From assembly GCA_965637545.1 (NCBI GenBank), contig OZ281496.1, positions 29,388,001 to 29,452,000 on the forward strand: a stretch of 64,000 nucleotides of DNA, read 5' to 3'. A model generated the notes under the pieces. That model did no database searches. It had not been told where the DNA came from and worked only from the letters and a program-made list of their open reading frames with translations. Position numbers and translations under genes: made by a program. Positions 11,975 to 24,934 of this stretch are shown here, piece after piece. Within the stretch, counting starts at the first letter, position 1, and every line of letters begins with the position of its first letter. This DNA comes from Phallusia mammillata (taxonomy: Eukaryota).

Positions 11975-13981
11975 TAGTCTAAAATTATAAACACTGAAAA
12001 AACATCATCTGTAAACATAAGGATATAAAATATTACACAAACTAGTATTCAACCTGATTTTTTCAAACAAACTGTAAAATACTGAAATATCTTAGTCACT
12101 CACTAAACTTTCGTGATGAAAACCTAACAGTTTACTACAAAAAACATGATTGTTTTAAATTTTAACAAGACATGAACATTAAAAGTTTAAAACCTGTGGC
12201 CTTTGCTTTTGCAATATATAATATCACTAATAATTGTCCAATGTCCATACTAAACCCAAAACTTTTTTCAGCAAATTAAAGACTTCAAAAAGCTCTCTGC
12301 AGTCTGCATCTTAACAACCCTCGTCCCTCACAGAGTATCTAAAATACCTTAGTTTGAGCAGGAACTTCCTATTACTACGGCTTTTTTATTAATACAGTGT
12401 GTATTCTGTGATTGAATAGTGAATACAAAGCACTCTTGTGGTTATTGAGTATGAATAACTTCTTGTGGGTTTGACGTCACATAGAAAACGTCACTTGTGC
12501 TGTGACGACAGGACGAGCGTGTAATTTTCAGGTTGGAAGTTTGTTTTAGAACATAACGTGGTATTGTATTAATTGCAGTTTTATCGTCGTCATAGCTGCA
12601 AATGAAACTGAAAGCCCCCCTAATCTGCAATGTGTATAATTTTCGTTTTGTGCTTTCGGCTTTTGAACAAAAAATTAAAAGGCGATTTTTCGCTTTGTTT
12701 CAATTTTTCCATGATTATCAGTTCCTGGTGACTGAACGTTACAAATTAGATATTCTAATCAACGTTTCGTTCAAAAAACTACAAAAGGTCGTAACGAAAC
12801 GAACAGCAACAGGCTAGAAAAGCGCCCTATAGTGGTACGACTATTACATACTTTTGCACCACTTGTATTGCCAAAGATAAAATTATCGTGGATTTTCATG
12901 AACAAACACAAAAACTATGGCACACGCCTACAAATAAGGCAAGAATGGATGACTTCGACTCAATCAAAGCAGTACATTTCAAAATCACGTGCAACAACTG
13001 TTCCAAATTCCAAAAATTCAAACGATTATCAGTTTTAGTAAATATAGTTGCAACCGAACGAAGTATTTGAAAAACAAATGATTATGATTGTTAAGTCAGG
13101 ATGGCGAATGCAATTGAATTTATCAGACATTGCACACAATGAATGTACTAACAGACAAATTAACTGAAAAGACAATCTGTTAAAACGACATTGTTTGATT
13201 TGAGGGCTTTGAGTGCCGGTGGAACGCTGGTTTAATGATTCAACAACCCGACATTTACATTCTCACACTAAGTTCCCGTTCGAAACAAAATTCTCAGTCG
13301 TCGTATGGTCGGCGTCGGCATACCCACGAAGTCACGAGCTCACGTTATAGCCGAGTACCAGCAAAAGACTCGGGGGACGCCCCAGGTACAGATGTTAGGT
13401 AGCGGAACTGGAAGTTACCCTAGCGTCGGGCGTTGCCTAATTCTCTGAAATCTTTAGCAGCTGATGAATTAGGAGAGAAATCAGTATTGACTGCTGTTAA
13501 AAAAGGTTCGCGCTTTCTTTACCGACAACGCAGCTTCCATGAAATGTTTTTGTGATGAAATAAAGTTGTAAACGAGGCAAAAATCAATTAATCGTGACCT
13601 TGCGTTTACCTCAGGGGCCATTTAATATAATATCACTCGAGTAAATCACATTAAAAAAGACCTAACGTCAGCTGATCGTCAAACTGACAACAGGTCTCGC
13701 TCTCTCCATTGCTTGGCGTGTCAGGACTTGTCTGGCGTCGGGAGAATAAAAGAAAGAAAAAAGCAGAGGAGCGCCAAGAGGAGTGTGGAGCAAAAACAGT
13801 CCGAGGGGAAGTACCACCACGTGAATATTCTTTTTTCCTTCTATTTTGGTTGGGTTTATATGGTTACGCAAGGGAGAGGCTTGCTTTAGTCTACGTGTTA
13901 TTCACAGCCAGCGGAGCTCTGTCATTTGAACACCGAGTATTTTTACTGCTTTTGCGGCAATTAAGATTTCACAGAGTTATA

Positions 13982-16514
13982 ATGGTTCACATGCTACATG
14001 TTTACGACGAGGAACCCGGGAAACAGCCACTGAGCAACAATAGTAAGTCGAATAAGCAGCGTTTGGCAAAGTTCTTTGTTCTAGCTCGCGCGACTTGACA
14101 ATGGCTACGGCCCTTCTTACTGATGCTTATGTGTTTTAAACCGTAATACAGTGCAATGTGATGTCTGTAAGTGATTAAAAATATATTGTTTATGCAATTG
14201 CTATAGTGTATTAAAAAAAACACGCAGCTTGCATAGGAATATAGGATAGCAATGCACACATGTGAATATATAAATAGCTTTATAGGATATTAGATACTGT
14301 TTGTATCCAATTAACAATTGTATTTAACTGTTGTGTAGGTCAGATTGCGAACGAATATTCGTTTCCATCAGTGCAGTCAACCCCTGCAGAAGAGTATCTA
14401 CAATTGCAATCGTGCGACGCGAAAAGCAACATGCATGCTGACGACAACAAAACCTCCTACACACATGACGCGTTCAACTACGCAATGCAGACCGATTACT
14501 CGCCTGAACCTTGTACACCAATGGAGGCTGACAGCTCTGAATTTCCATCTGGCAATTTCTGCAACTTAAACACAAGAAGCAATACCACAGTAGAGCAAAT
14601 CTTGTTCAGTCCGCCTAAGGTTGAGCACCAATGCCCCACAGTAGAGCAAATTAATCCGATGGAAGTCTTGTTCGGTCCGCCAAAGGTTGCGCGCCAGTAC
14701 TCGATCTCATCGGTAATGGAAGTAATTGCAAATGATGCAATAAACGGTGCAAATACGAACACACCTCAACTGGTCAAAACGCCCAGTGCAATCACTCGAC
14801 CTATCAACATCAAAAAGAACGTTCAAATGGGCACATACGATGAACGCAGAGCAACACCTACCACATGTCGAGTGTCAAACACCCAGCCATCATCGGATTT
14901 GCCTTATGCTTGTTCACCAGCCCATTCAAACAGCCCGATGCCAATCCCCTTCACTGGATACAGAAACCTCCCAGATACGCCTCAATCTTCACAATTCGAA
15001 GTGCAGAGCAACGCATCAAATTCGTTCAACGAAAATAACAACGTTGGATCTTTCGGTAAGTAGTTTTTAGCAAAAAAAGACATCGCTAGTGTGTAAGTTT
15101 CGTTTTGACACATAAAACGCTCTCCATTGTCTTTTGGTGATTAGTTTTTAGCAAAAATGCTATTGCCGTACATAACACGCGTTCCTATGTCATAATGTTG
15201 CTTTAAGCACATTATTACGAAAATTACATAAATTAGCAATTGTAGCCCCGTAAATTTTTAAAGTGTATAACCGCGGCATTTAATTTGCGAAAAATAGTCG
15301 CAATCAAAAATAGCTACAAATTTTTTTTTGGCGTTCTGCACTTTTCCTGTGCTTCCAACTGTTTATAAATTAGGTCGCTTAAAAACTAACCTTTTTAGGT
15401 ATTAGTTTCGCAAAATGTCCGACGCAAACCGTTTTAACGAATTTTTACAATGTATTGCATCATCACGTGCGATCTGCATGGCGTCCGCCATTTTGAAAAA
15501 TCGCGACAATTTTTTCGGTAGTCTGGACGCTATCGACGAGACAAAAGCCTTCCATGCACGTGACAAAACGCAGTCGGCTTGCCAGGACCTGCCCGTAGCT
15601 CGCGTAGCTCGCGTAGCCGTCGTTTCGACGCGACAGGTGTTTGTGTGTAACATCGATGCAGCTTCCAAATCGTTATATTCCCAACAGTTAGACGAGCAGC
15701 GCGGTTTCTCGTATCGAGTGACAACCCTCGTCGTTTTTCGCGCGAAAATAACTTGTCTGGACACGCCCGCAGATTAAAGCGCCAGTGAGTCGATTAATTG
15801 CGCCACACTTGGTAGTTGTTAGCACCACACGCGACGTTGTTTGTAAATATTGCGAATCGGTTTTGTCAATACCGCAAATTAAACGTTTTATCTTTTCTTA
15901 ACTCCACAGGTTCAACGACCGATAATGCGAACCAGGCATTTCGTACAACTTGCCACGGGATCCAAGAAACCACGAACAGGCTGCAGACGAACACGGGCAA
16001 TTGGTGGGGCGCGTTGGGCAGCCAGTTTGGCTCCGCGCCAACCTTTGAAACCGCGTTGCCAGTTCACAACAAACTGACCAACGTCTCATCATGTCCTGAT
16101 TTCGACACAAACAACGAAGTTTTTGGCGACGGTTCTGATGTTTTCCAACAATCGCCGCAATATTCAGGCCGCGCCATGTCGGCGTCATCACCTCGGCCTT
16201 TCTCTGGCTCCGGATTCGATTTCCAGGCAACAGCTTCCGGTTTCGAACTTCAGGAAGTCACACCGGAAGCTGTCACCAACGATATCTCTGACGACATCTA
16301 CAGTCAAGTAGACAGAGCGGACCGACGTCGTATCCGCAACAATCTAGCGTGCAGGGCTTCCCGACATCGTCGCAAACTCCGAAAAATTAACAACGAACGG
16401 CTAGCAGCAGGACTGGAGACGCAAAACCAGGAGTTGAGGGAGAGAATCCGACAACTGGAATCGGAATGCCAAGTTACCAGGGATACGGTGCTGCGTCGGA
16501 TGAGCGAAACGTAG
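13982..16514 (+). CDS. Orphan bZIP transcription factor A (C/EBP superfamily, CHOP/Xrp1-like), ~460 aa
   Basis: Exons 13982-14042, 14339-15055, 15910-16514 joined in phases 1/1 (1383 nt). S/T/N/P-rich low-complexity N-terminus; C-terminal bZIP RRRIRNNLACRASRHRRK..LETQNQELRERIRQLESECQVTRDTVLRRM. The first coding exon and start codon are less certain than exons 2-3. Confidence 0.85.
15454..15768. promoter_or_regulatory. Intronic regulatory module in bZIP-A intron 2 (CARE, E-box, YY1, p53-family site)
   Basis: ATTGCATCA (C/EBP-ATF response element) at 15454-15462, adjacent CACGTG, CCGCCATTTT (YY1) near 15485, and TAACTTGTCT GGACACGCCC (two abutting p53-type decamers, one mismatch each) at 15749-15768. 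Motif matches only. Confidence 0.5.
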
Positions 16515-19500
16515 CTTGCACGGCGGACGGCCGATGTACATAAAGCAATTGACTTAAACTGAATCAAACACTGCTTTTTCCTAAACGCGAGGTCATCGGA
16601 CGATTTATTTATTTCGTGACCAACCGCTAATGGAACATTCCCTGATAGTTTCATATACTGTCCCTATTGTACAGAGGTTTCTATTTTTGTTGTTTCTATT
16701 TAATTTGAAAATTGTTCTATTGCATGTAAAGAAAACATGTTTCTTTCTTTTTTTCTTTTCTACATGTTTTGTTTCTATCCTGTGTGGGTATCAACCATTG
16801 TGAATGTAACGCGGGCCGATGACTTTCAATTCGCAAGTGATGCGAAGGCTGCTTTGAGTTTACTTATACCTTTGTTAAAGGCCTGTTGTTGTTTTTGTTA
16901 CGTTAGGAGCCTGCCGAACACTTCCAGATGATTTTGATGCATGTCCCGCGTGGTGCCATAAAACGGTTGAGTATGGGTCGTCTTGCCAAAGTGCTTGTTT
17001 TTTGTGTGTTAATGTGCCTTGTACACATGTGACAATGATACGGACTCTGTGAAGGCTGTGCCTGCGGTGATTTTTTTTGTAGAAGCGCGAATGTTTCTGT
17101 TAGACAAGTATTTGTCGATTATTGTTGCTTCAAAAAAGGCGTGTTTCAACTTTTTGCTGTAGCGAGTTCGTTAATGCTGGCATTTAAGCGCTCCATGGCG
17201 GCGTTTGGTTGTTCACCCTGTTGCTTTATGTGTGTGTGAGTTTGTCTTGAGAGTTTCCGTTTCTCTCGTTTTCCATCTTTTGTTTCTTCTTTTGAAAATA
17301 AAAACATGTGCAAAGTTCATATTGTTCTGCCGAGTTGCGTTGGTCGAGTCACGTTCGAAAAGGAATAAATCAACAAACTTACGCCAGGTGTCAGGCCCGC
17401 AATGGACAACCAACAAAGAGACATTTGTTCAGAACCGCAAGTCTTATTTACTCGACAGCTCTGTAGCATGAACTGATGCACCCACATTTGACACACATTA
17501 ACTAGTCCCATCAAATGGCGTTTGCGAACTGGGAAGACGGTTAATTAACTTCGTCCGTCGCACGCAACTATAACAAAGCCCGTCGAGGCTACGTCGAGCC
17601 TAAAGCGCGCGCTGTTGGCTTTCTACTTACAGCTGTACACCAGCAGTCTGGCACCAGGCCAGAAATAATCCACACGACTCGCTAACCTTTCAATTCAATG
17701 GTGAGTCATACGTTTGTTAACGCTTTCCATTCCGAATCCACTAATAGATGACTGGCTGACTGCTGCTGAGGCTTGAGGTTACTTACGGACAATGATAACT
17801 TTATTTTGGAAGTGTCCAGTCATTTGTCATCCCCGTTATTTTTAGGTTTGGCATTTCCTTTTGTTTAATACCAGCACAGTGATAGTATTTTGAAACCAGT
17901 ACGAAAATTACGTGAGGCAAGTTCTAAACATACAACATATTAAATTAAATTTGATGCACTATCTGCTAAACCTGTATCTACTTATTATTTGTTAGGTTAT
18001 AATCACAAAAGCTTTGTAAATCAGAGAAAAAATGAGTTATTATTTATTTTACATGTTATATTTTGTACAGTATTTTCGAAAGCCATGTGCAACCTACACT
18101 TTCATCTCCACGACAAATAACCCTTAAATGGCCATGAAACCCCTCGTTAAAAGATTGAACAAACAGGAGCTAGAATCTGTCTCGTTTGACCTGCAGTTGT
18201 TTCAACTTGTCAATACTAAAGCTTTGCGCAACAATAAAGTATTTACGTCACAGACAGTTTTGTAAAATAAAAAGGTTTTATGTATTGTAGGATAATTTCG
18301 TTTCTTTTGTAATGTTTCAAAAACTATATTGTTTGTCTTTTGATTCGTTGTAAAGAAAACTGTTAAAATATAGTGTCTGCATTTGTACATTTTAGCAGTG
18401 AAACCTATAAACGCTCAAATGAACATAGACACTAATTCAACAAATATTTTACGGCTTACAAATGGAATTGTGTTTCGAATTGAACAATAGCCGTAAAAGT
18501 TTTGAAACTGCAGGCTTCAAAACTTGGTGGGGGTGAGGTAACCTCTAAATGTCCCCGTTAATTGTCGTGTTACGTTTACGTAGGAGTAATTCAAACATTA
18601 CAGGCAAACAATTGTGTTTGGCAAGATACGTATGATATAGCGCATGTCAACCGCGTTTTTACTGTTTTTTTCAGAACTGTTAAACGCGTTTGCAAACTAT
18701 CATGTTGCATGTTATATTGTTTTGTATTCGTTACTTTTATGTGGAAATGAATTGTAACAAAATTGTGTTTTTAGGATGTTTTTTTCGCCTTGATGAGGCT
18801 CTTACTTTTTAAAATAGAAATGCAAATGGTGTTAATGTGGTATTAAAACGAACAATTACTAGAAAAGATTAAATTTCGTTACATTTTGGATACATATAAA
18901 AAACGCGACAATAACATAGTTAACTTGGACTTTAGGAAAAAAGTTTTAAATTTGATGATAATTATTCCATGGTGCAAAAACTAAAAAATATTGCACAAGA
19001 TTCTGGCAAAATGAGGTATCAACTCCTTGTGGCGCAAAAAAGCCTGTAAAGTAACAATTAGCGAGTCGCTAAAAGTTCGACAATTCGATTGTGACGCAAG
19101 TGTGTGACGTCATAGTGCCAGGATTGACGCAGATTCCATGGTTTAGCTGGGGGACTGCGCGTGAATGATATACGTAAGAACATGTAGGTTTGGTTGCGCA
19201 CAAGTATCATGTTAATAAGACTGTGTGCGCACTCTGGTCCCTGGCCTGACTCATTTCAAAGAAAAACTCGGTGGATTTGCGTAGGACAGGAGCAGACTGC
19301 GGCCAGCTAAAAACCAATTAACATTTTTATCGGTTGCTTTCGACAACTTCAGGAACTGAAAACTTGAAAACCGAAACTTGGTGAAATTTGCAATTAAATT
19401 TGCATTATATTTTTGAACGGCCATACAGAAGCGTTGCACACTTTATATTGTTTCACATACTCCATTTCCTTTTTAAGGGCTTGATCGTCATACGAGCGTG

Positions 19501-22500
19501 TGTGACAACAGCGCCATAAAATCGCATTTGATCTTATTAGTTGTCAAATACACACAAATCTGGTGCACACCAAATTCTTTAACCAACATTTTTTTGTATT
19601 TTCAATACGCCGCACATAAAATATATTTGTTGGTTGCTGAAGCTTAATAAAGATAAAGTCGCTATTCTAGTCCCTGATGGCTATAGAGTCTTGACGAGCT
19701 AACGAGTCAGTTCAGGAAGTACACGATCATGTACTCTATTAGACTAAGCACGTGACGTTGTATGACACCGATAAGACGCGGTGTGACATACGTGAGTTGT
19801 ATTATGATGCCTGTCATATGATTAGGCGTCAAACAAAACGTTGACCTTTTCAAAGTAAAGGTCAAATATTCCTCTAGTCAATGCCCGCTACACCTCCATT
19901 CAAAAAATATTTAACTAACGCGTAGGCTATATACGCCTTTTTTCCTTGTTCTTAAATATACAAATAAAGTTAGTTTTTTACATATTGAAGACCATGTTGT
20001 TACTGCCTTATTTTTTGTGAATAACAATATTAATAATAACATAACTTTTTGTCAAATAAATAAAGACAATAAAGCGAAGTAACAATATTTAACTTCTGAG
20101 AACGAAAAAAGTTTTGTACCGACATAGAACTTTATGTGTGAAATTGCGAAGGCCGTCGCCATCTTGGTTTCGGCAACACGAAATGACGTCATCCGGGTTC
20201 TCAGGATTCTCTAAATCAAGTCAAAGAATTAGTCACGTGATAACAACAGTGAAAATTTGATCATTGCCTGGCTGACATAATTGAAAATCCAAAGAGGAAC
20301 TTATAGGATGGAAAAAGCGCGTTGTGTTCCAACCGGTTCTGGCAAGTTCAAATTTGGTTCCTAACTGGCGGATAGAACAAAATCGCCAATGCTGCACGAA
20401 AAACGCTACACCGGCCTTGACAAATTAAGTCTCGTATACCTGGCAATGATCGATTAAACGGAGGTTTAACAGATAAACAGAGCGTTTCTCCTAAACCGAC
20501 ATAATGACCTTATAAGGAACCGAGCCACTTCGCACGCAAAGTGGTGTGGCTTTGTTGGTTTGGGTGGGCGGTATATTTTTCTCGTTACTTAACCTACCAC
20601 GAACGCCCAATCCAACACAGCAACACGGCCCTTGTTCACTCGCACGCGCCATTGTGGCTAGAGGGACTTTCCTCTTTTATATTTTTGTATGGGCGTGGGG
20701 ATATAGCCAGTGTGGGCGGTTTTATATGCTTGACTAACATAAGGTCATATGTTATACAGCACCCTATTCTATTATGTCATTTAATTTAATTATATACAGC
20801 AGTAATATGTTCCGATCTTTGGTTTCGTTGATAAAATTAATCAACAGTTTCCAAAGACTCATTATCCAATTAAAAATATGGTAAAGCGTAAAAAAATTGC
20901 TTTTCCCATGCACGTTTGCGTCTTACGTCAACCAGTTGTTAATCAATTCACTTTAATTAGAAGGTGTAATATAAAGCGAAAACACAGAAATCATATCTAT
21001 TTTTCACAAATAACTTTCGCTAACCAAACATTTATTCGGCCATAAACTGATAACACACAACGAAATGAGATACGTGTAAATGCGTGGTATCAAGGCAAAC
21101 AAAAATATTTAAATTTAGAAACAAACAATTCTCTATGCAGGCCTTAGTCAAATTCTCCTTGGTCTGATAATATTTGTTTGTTACCAAATATGGAAAACAA
21201 TTATATTCCACACTTTGCACAGTCGCTTTGGGCGTGCGAATAAATTCCCACGCATGGTTTTAATAATTATCCAATTGGCAGCGGTTTACCAGAGTTTCGA
21301 TGTGGGAAAATTTGCGGAATTGATTTTATGGGTGTGACAGGTTGGGCTATAGTTTCGGTGTTTGTCTTGAAAATATCTATTGACCTTGTTGGTTATTATT
21401 TAACTTTGTGATTGAAATAGTCTTTGTACGAATTGAGATGACTAAGCAGCCTGTGACATATGTCAATTTTATATAAAATTATCGTGTTTATCGTTTGTTT
21501 GTTTTTTGGCTAGTCACGTAAACCCGTAATTTGCAACTGTTTCATTTCAATCACTCTACGCTTCACCTATTAAATAATTAAGACAGCCTCTTAGGTATGC
21601 TTAGAAGACGGCTTGATTCGGTGTAACAATCCTCTAATAGTTTTAGGCCTGGCGTACTGAGTGATTTACCCATATATGAGTGTAGATGAATCATGATCGG
21701 CATGTACGCTTTAGGGCTAATCCCAGAGATGAACACATATTGACAGTTTCATTTAACAGTTTTTATTCAATTGTTCATTCACTTGAACGCGAAAACCGCT
21801 TACAGTGTTGCAAAACACGAAAATGTTCCCTTATATTATGTCGTGCAAACACGGCGAGTTTACATGGGACAAATACGACACGATACAGCGACAAGACTCG
21901 GGTAGTCTGTCGCTTAAACCTAAACCGGATCAGTAATAAATCCTCTTCACCCACACCCTATAAGCAGTCAACTGTCGCATCCCAATTGGCAAGATTGAGA
22001 TAAATCGCTGAGTAGGGTATCTCGAAAGCTGATACTATAATCGTCCGATTGTTTGTTTTCTTTTGTCCGACACAGTGGGTTAGATGTCAACGCTTTTACG
22101 ATGGCAGCAGATTTTGCAGCGTTAGCTATTTTTGCACAAGTAATTCATAAGACATGCGGGCGTCAACAAATACTTTCAACCGTGTTTTAGTGTGGCGTGA
22201 TTTATGATATGTCAGCATACTACAGTGCCACCAACTATGACTGATCCTTAACACGCTGCAATGGACAACTTGTGCTTCAAACGATCAGACTGGTGTAAGC
22301 TTAAAATTAAGCAAGTTTTTGCTGTCAACAATGGCATAATCGACATCCAAATAGTATTAATATATTAGCTATAGGTGAAGGAATTTGGAAGGCATTAACT
22401 TCATAAAAATACTGAAAAGTGCTACTATATATTTCTAAGTCCAACACAGAAATAGGATACGGGTGATTAATTTGACGTTAAACTCGCACAACTATGCGAA

Positions 22501-22817
22501 GTCACGCGCTTTTTGTGGCCCAACCACCGTCGAGTCGTCACCTGGTGCTTTCCCTACTGGTAACAGATATAGGTAAGCACCCGTTATAAGCCGTATGATG
22601 CTGGTCATGGCCGAATGCTTCACCACACCCGCCTATTTCAGTTCTAGCTCCACGATTGGGCAATAAGCAGACGTTCCACGGCAATCTGTGCGCATTGGTG
22701 CTTGCGACGTGGCCTTTTTCATTCTTCTGTGCTCCCCTTGGTGTTTTTTTGTAATATGTAAAGTTACGCGGGTTGTAAAATGACTTCATTTTTTTCGCCG
22801 TATGACAAGTGGACTTT

Positions 22818-22878
22818 GGAAGGTTCTAGAAAAACTGTTGGACCTTTTGATTCGACTGCGGGGCTTTTAGAACATTCC
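22818..22878. promoter_or_regulatory. Heat shock element cluster
   Basis: Perfect three-unit HSE gGAAg gTTCt aGAAa at 22818-22832, and a two-unit aGAAcaTTCc at 22869-22878. Confidence 0.45.
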
Positions 22879-24934
22879 CCTAGACGGGACGCCAACTTTA
22901 TTTGGGGATCGAAACGTTACCACCACATACAAAAGGGCATTTGCTTATGCCATGCCTGAAACTACAGTGTTGTCCAATCCAAAACTGAATTCTACCAACT
23001 GGGTTTGGCAAATATAATGTCATATGTTGCGAGTTCGGTGCATATTTATTTGGCCTCGACTAAAAATAATGGCACACTATTGTGGTAAACCACTCAAGCT
23101 TGAGATTTAGGGGTGGTCTAAATTTGGGTCATGTATTTTTAGGAAACCATATAAGCTTTAAGGGGAACTTTCAACTAATTTAGTGACCTTACCTTTGGTT
23201 TAGACTTGTGGACGTGATCGTTTTGTCCGCGTTTCATCAAATATTACCTGACAGGCGAGACTACAAAACAAATGTGTCAACGTGCATTCGAATGACACGG
23301 TTCTAGTTTCGAAGAGGTGTACACAATAGCTTGACGTCTGACAGGCAGCGTGGGACAACCGCGTTTCAAGTCGTGTCTTGCCTTATTGAGGCCAGGAGCA
23401 ATTATGAAAACAACCTACTAATTGATTCATTAAGTAGGAGTGGCGTATACTGCTGCTCGGCAACGGACCACAATTATACCTGATCGAGGACATCGATAAA
23501 AACATCGAGCGGTTGGAAAAGCTGCACAGACCCGCGGCCGAACAAAGGCGATTGTACGTGCGAAACGGCGGCGGGCTTAATTGAGTTGTGTACTTAACAA
23601 AACCGACCTTGTTTGCTTCAAGTTATCGAGGCCGTCCTCACGTGTAAGTTGCTATATCGCCTGACAGTCGCCCCCGCATTAAATGTACGTCACTCTTCTT
23701 TGTTCACGCCGCGCTTGTAATATAGTCTCGCGACATCTAAGCCCGATTCCTGTTTGTTGTGAGCTCTCGCGACGTTGCAATTAACATCGCTACTCCCTTC
23801 GTTGAGACGTCCTGTCAATCATAGACCGCAATCGTGTGTCCTCGGCCTTAGCGACGCGAGTTTTCATGTTGCGTTGACAGTCGCGGCATCGGGTTGTTAC
23901 AGGTGGCCCGCGGCGCGTTGAGCTACTTGCGGTTGCCCCTCCCCCAAGCTTCGCGCCACAGATAAAGCGGAAAGTTTTTGTAAAATTCGCGCGCTCTTCG
24001 AACCATTGCAGCTGAAAGCCTTGGGCTGTTTAGCTTGCAAACCGCGTAATTGGGCTTCGAGAGATTTTGATTCCTGCAAACGGCAATTCAAGATGCGATT
24101 GCGCACGACTTAAGTGTTTTGTGGAAAAACGAGCTGACTTCTTTTTGCTCTATCGTTGACAGCTTGCGCGTGGCTGACAAACGGTTCTTGTGTTTTGCTT
24201 GTTTTATTAACCCCTATGGCAAATTTCGGGGCATATACACAGAACAATTTGTGAAAGAGGATTATTACACCAGCTGGTATTGTGGGGGCCTATCAACCAC
24301 AAAATACTGCTTAAAATTTTATTAAAAAGCATGCCAGCGTATATGAAATGATTTTTATCGCGTTCAACAAAACGTTTGTTAGAGTCAAAACACGTTTTTG
24401 CTGTTGCGTTTTAAGCCGGCAATTCAAACTTTCTAAAGATGATTCAGACCATTTTGTCTACTGCTGCAATACGACCACTAATTGTTAGACGAAAACAAAA
24501 GAGATTTATATTTAAATTTCACGTGCCCTTTATGCTGTGCTAACACCGGGGTGCCCCTTTTGAGAACATGTCTAATTCGCATGCTAATTAGGTTCCTTAA
24601 ACTATAGGACCACCTTCAGCATATAAACTGCAATGAAAACACCGTTTCCGTTTACGTGACTGACAGGATTAGATAACGTCTGTAATACTCGTTTATCTTG
24701 GTATAATGTATAGACATCAAGCTTGAACAAAGGGATGTATTTTAGGATGGTGGCTTTTCAATTTGTAGGCGTGGCAAAGCCGTGATTGTCTTTTGGTGCA
24801 ATCAGGAGCATTTTGATTATAGTACAAGTGGAATTACGTTTAAACGAGTAATACTATATAGAAAAGTAGAATATAATTAGTGGCAAACGTACAAGTACAA
24901 GAAGTGCCTGATCTGACCCATTGTAGCATTATAT

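Noticed and set aside
13340-13490. Small hairpins (CCGAGT..ACTCGG; CTAATTC..GAATTAG) as a possible ncRNA
   Set aside because: Stems are only 6-7 bp, with no match to snRNA, snoRNA or miRNA sequences I know.
15402-15777. Two overlapping 120-aa ORFs on opposite strands in bZIP-A intron 2
   Set aside because: No recognisable domain and no compatible splice phases; long ORFs are expected in this GC/CpG-rich block, which is better explained as regulatory DNA.
20050-20170. YY1-type AAGATGGCG on the minus strand as the start of a hidden gene (MATAFAISHIKFYV..); similar case at 36542
   Set aside because: No downstream exons with protein-like content were found; the motif is common in enhancers and promoters in this window.
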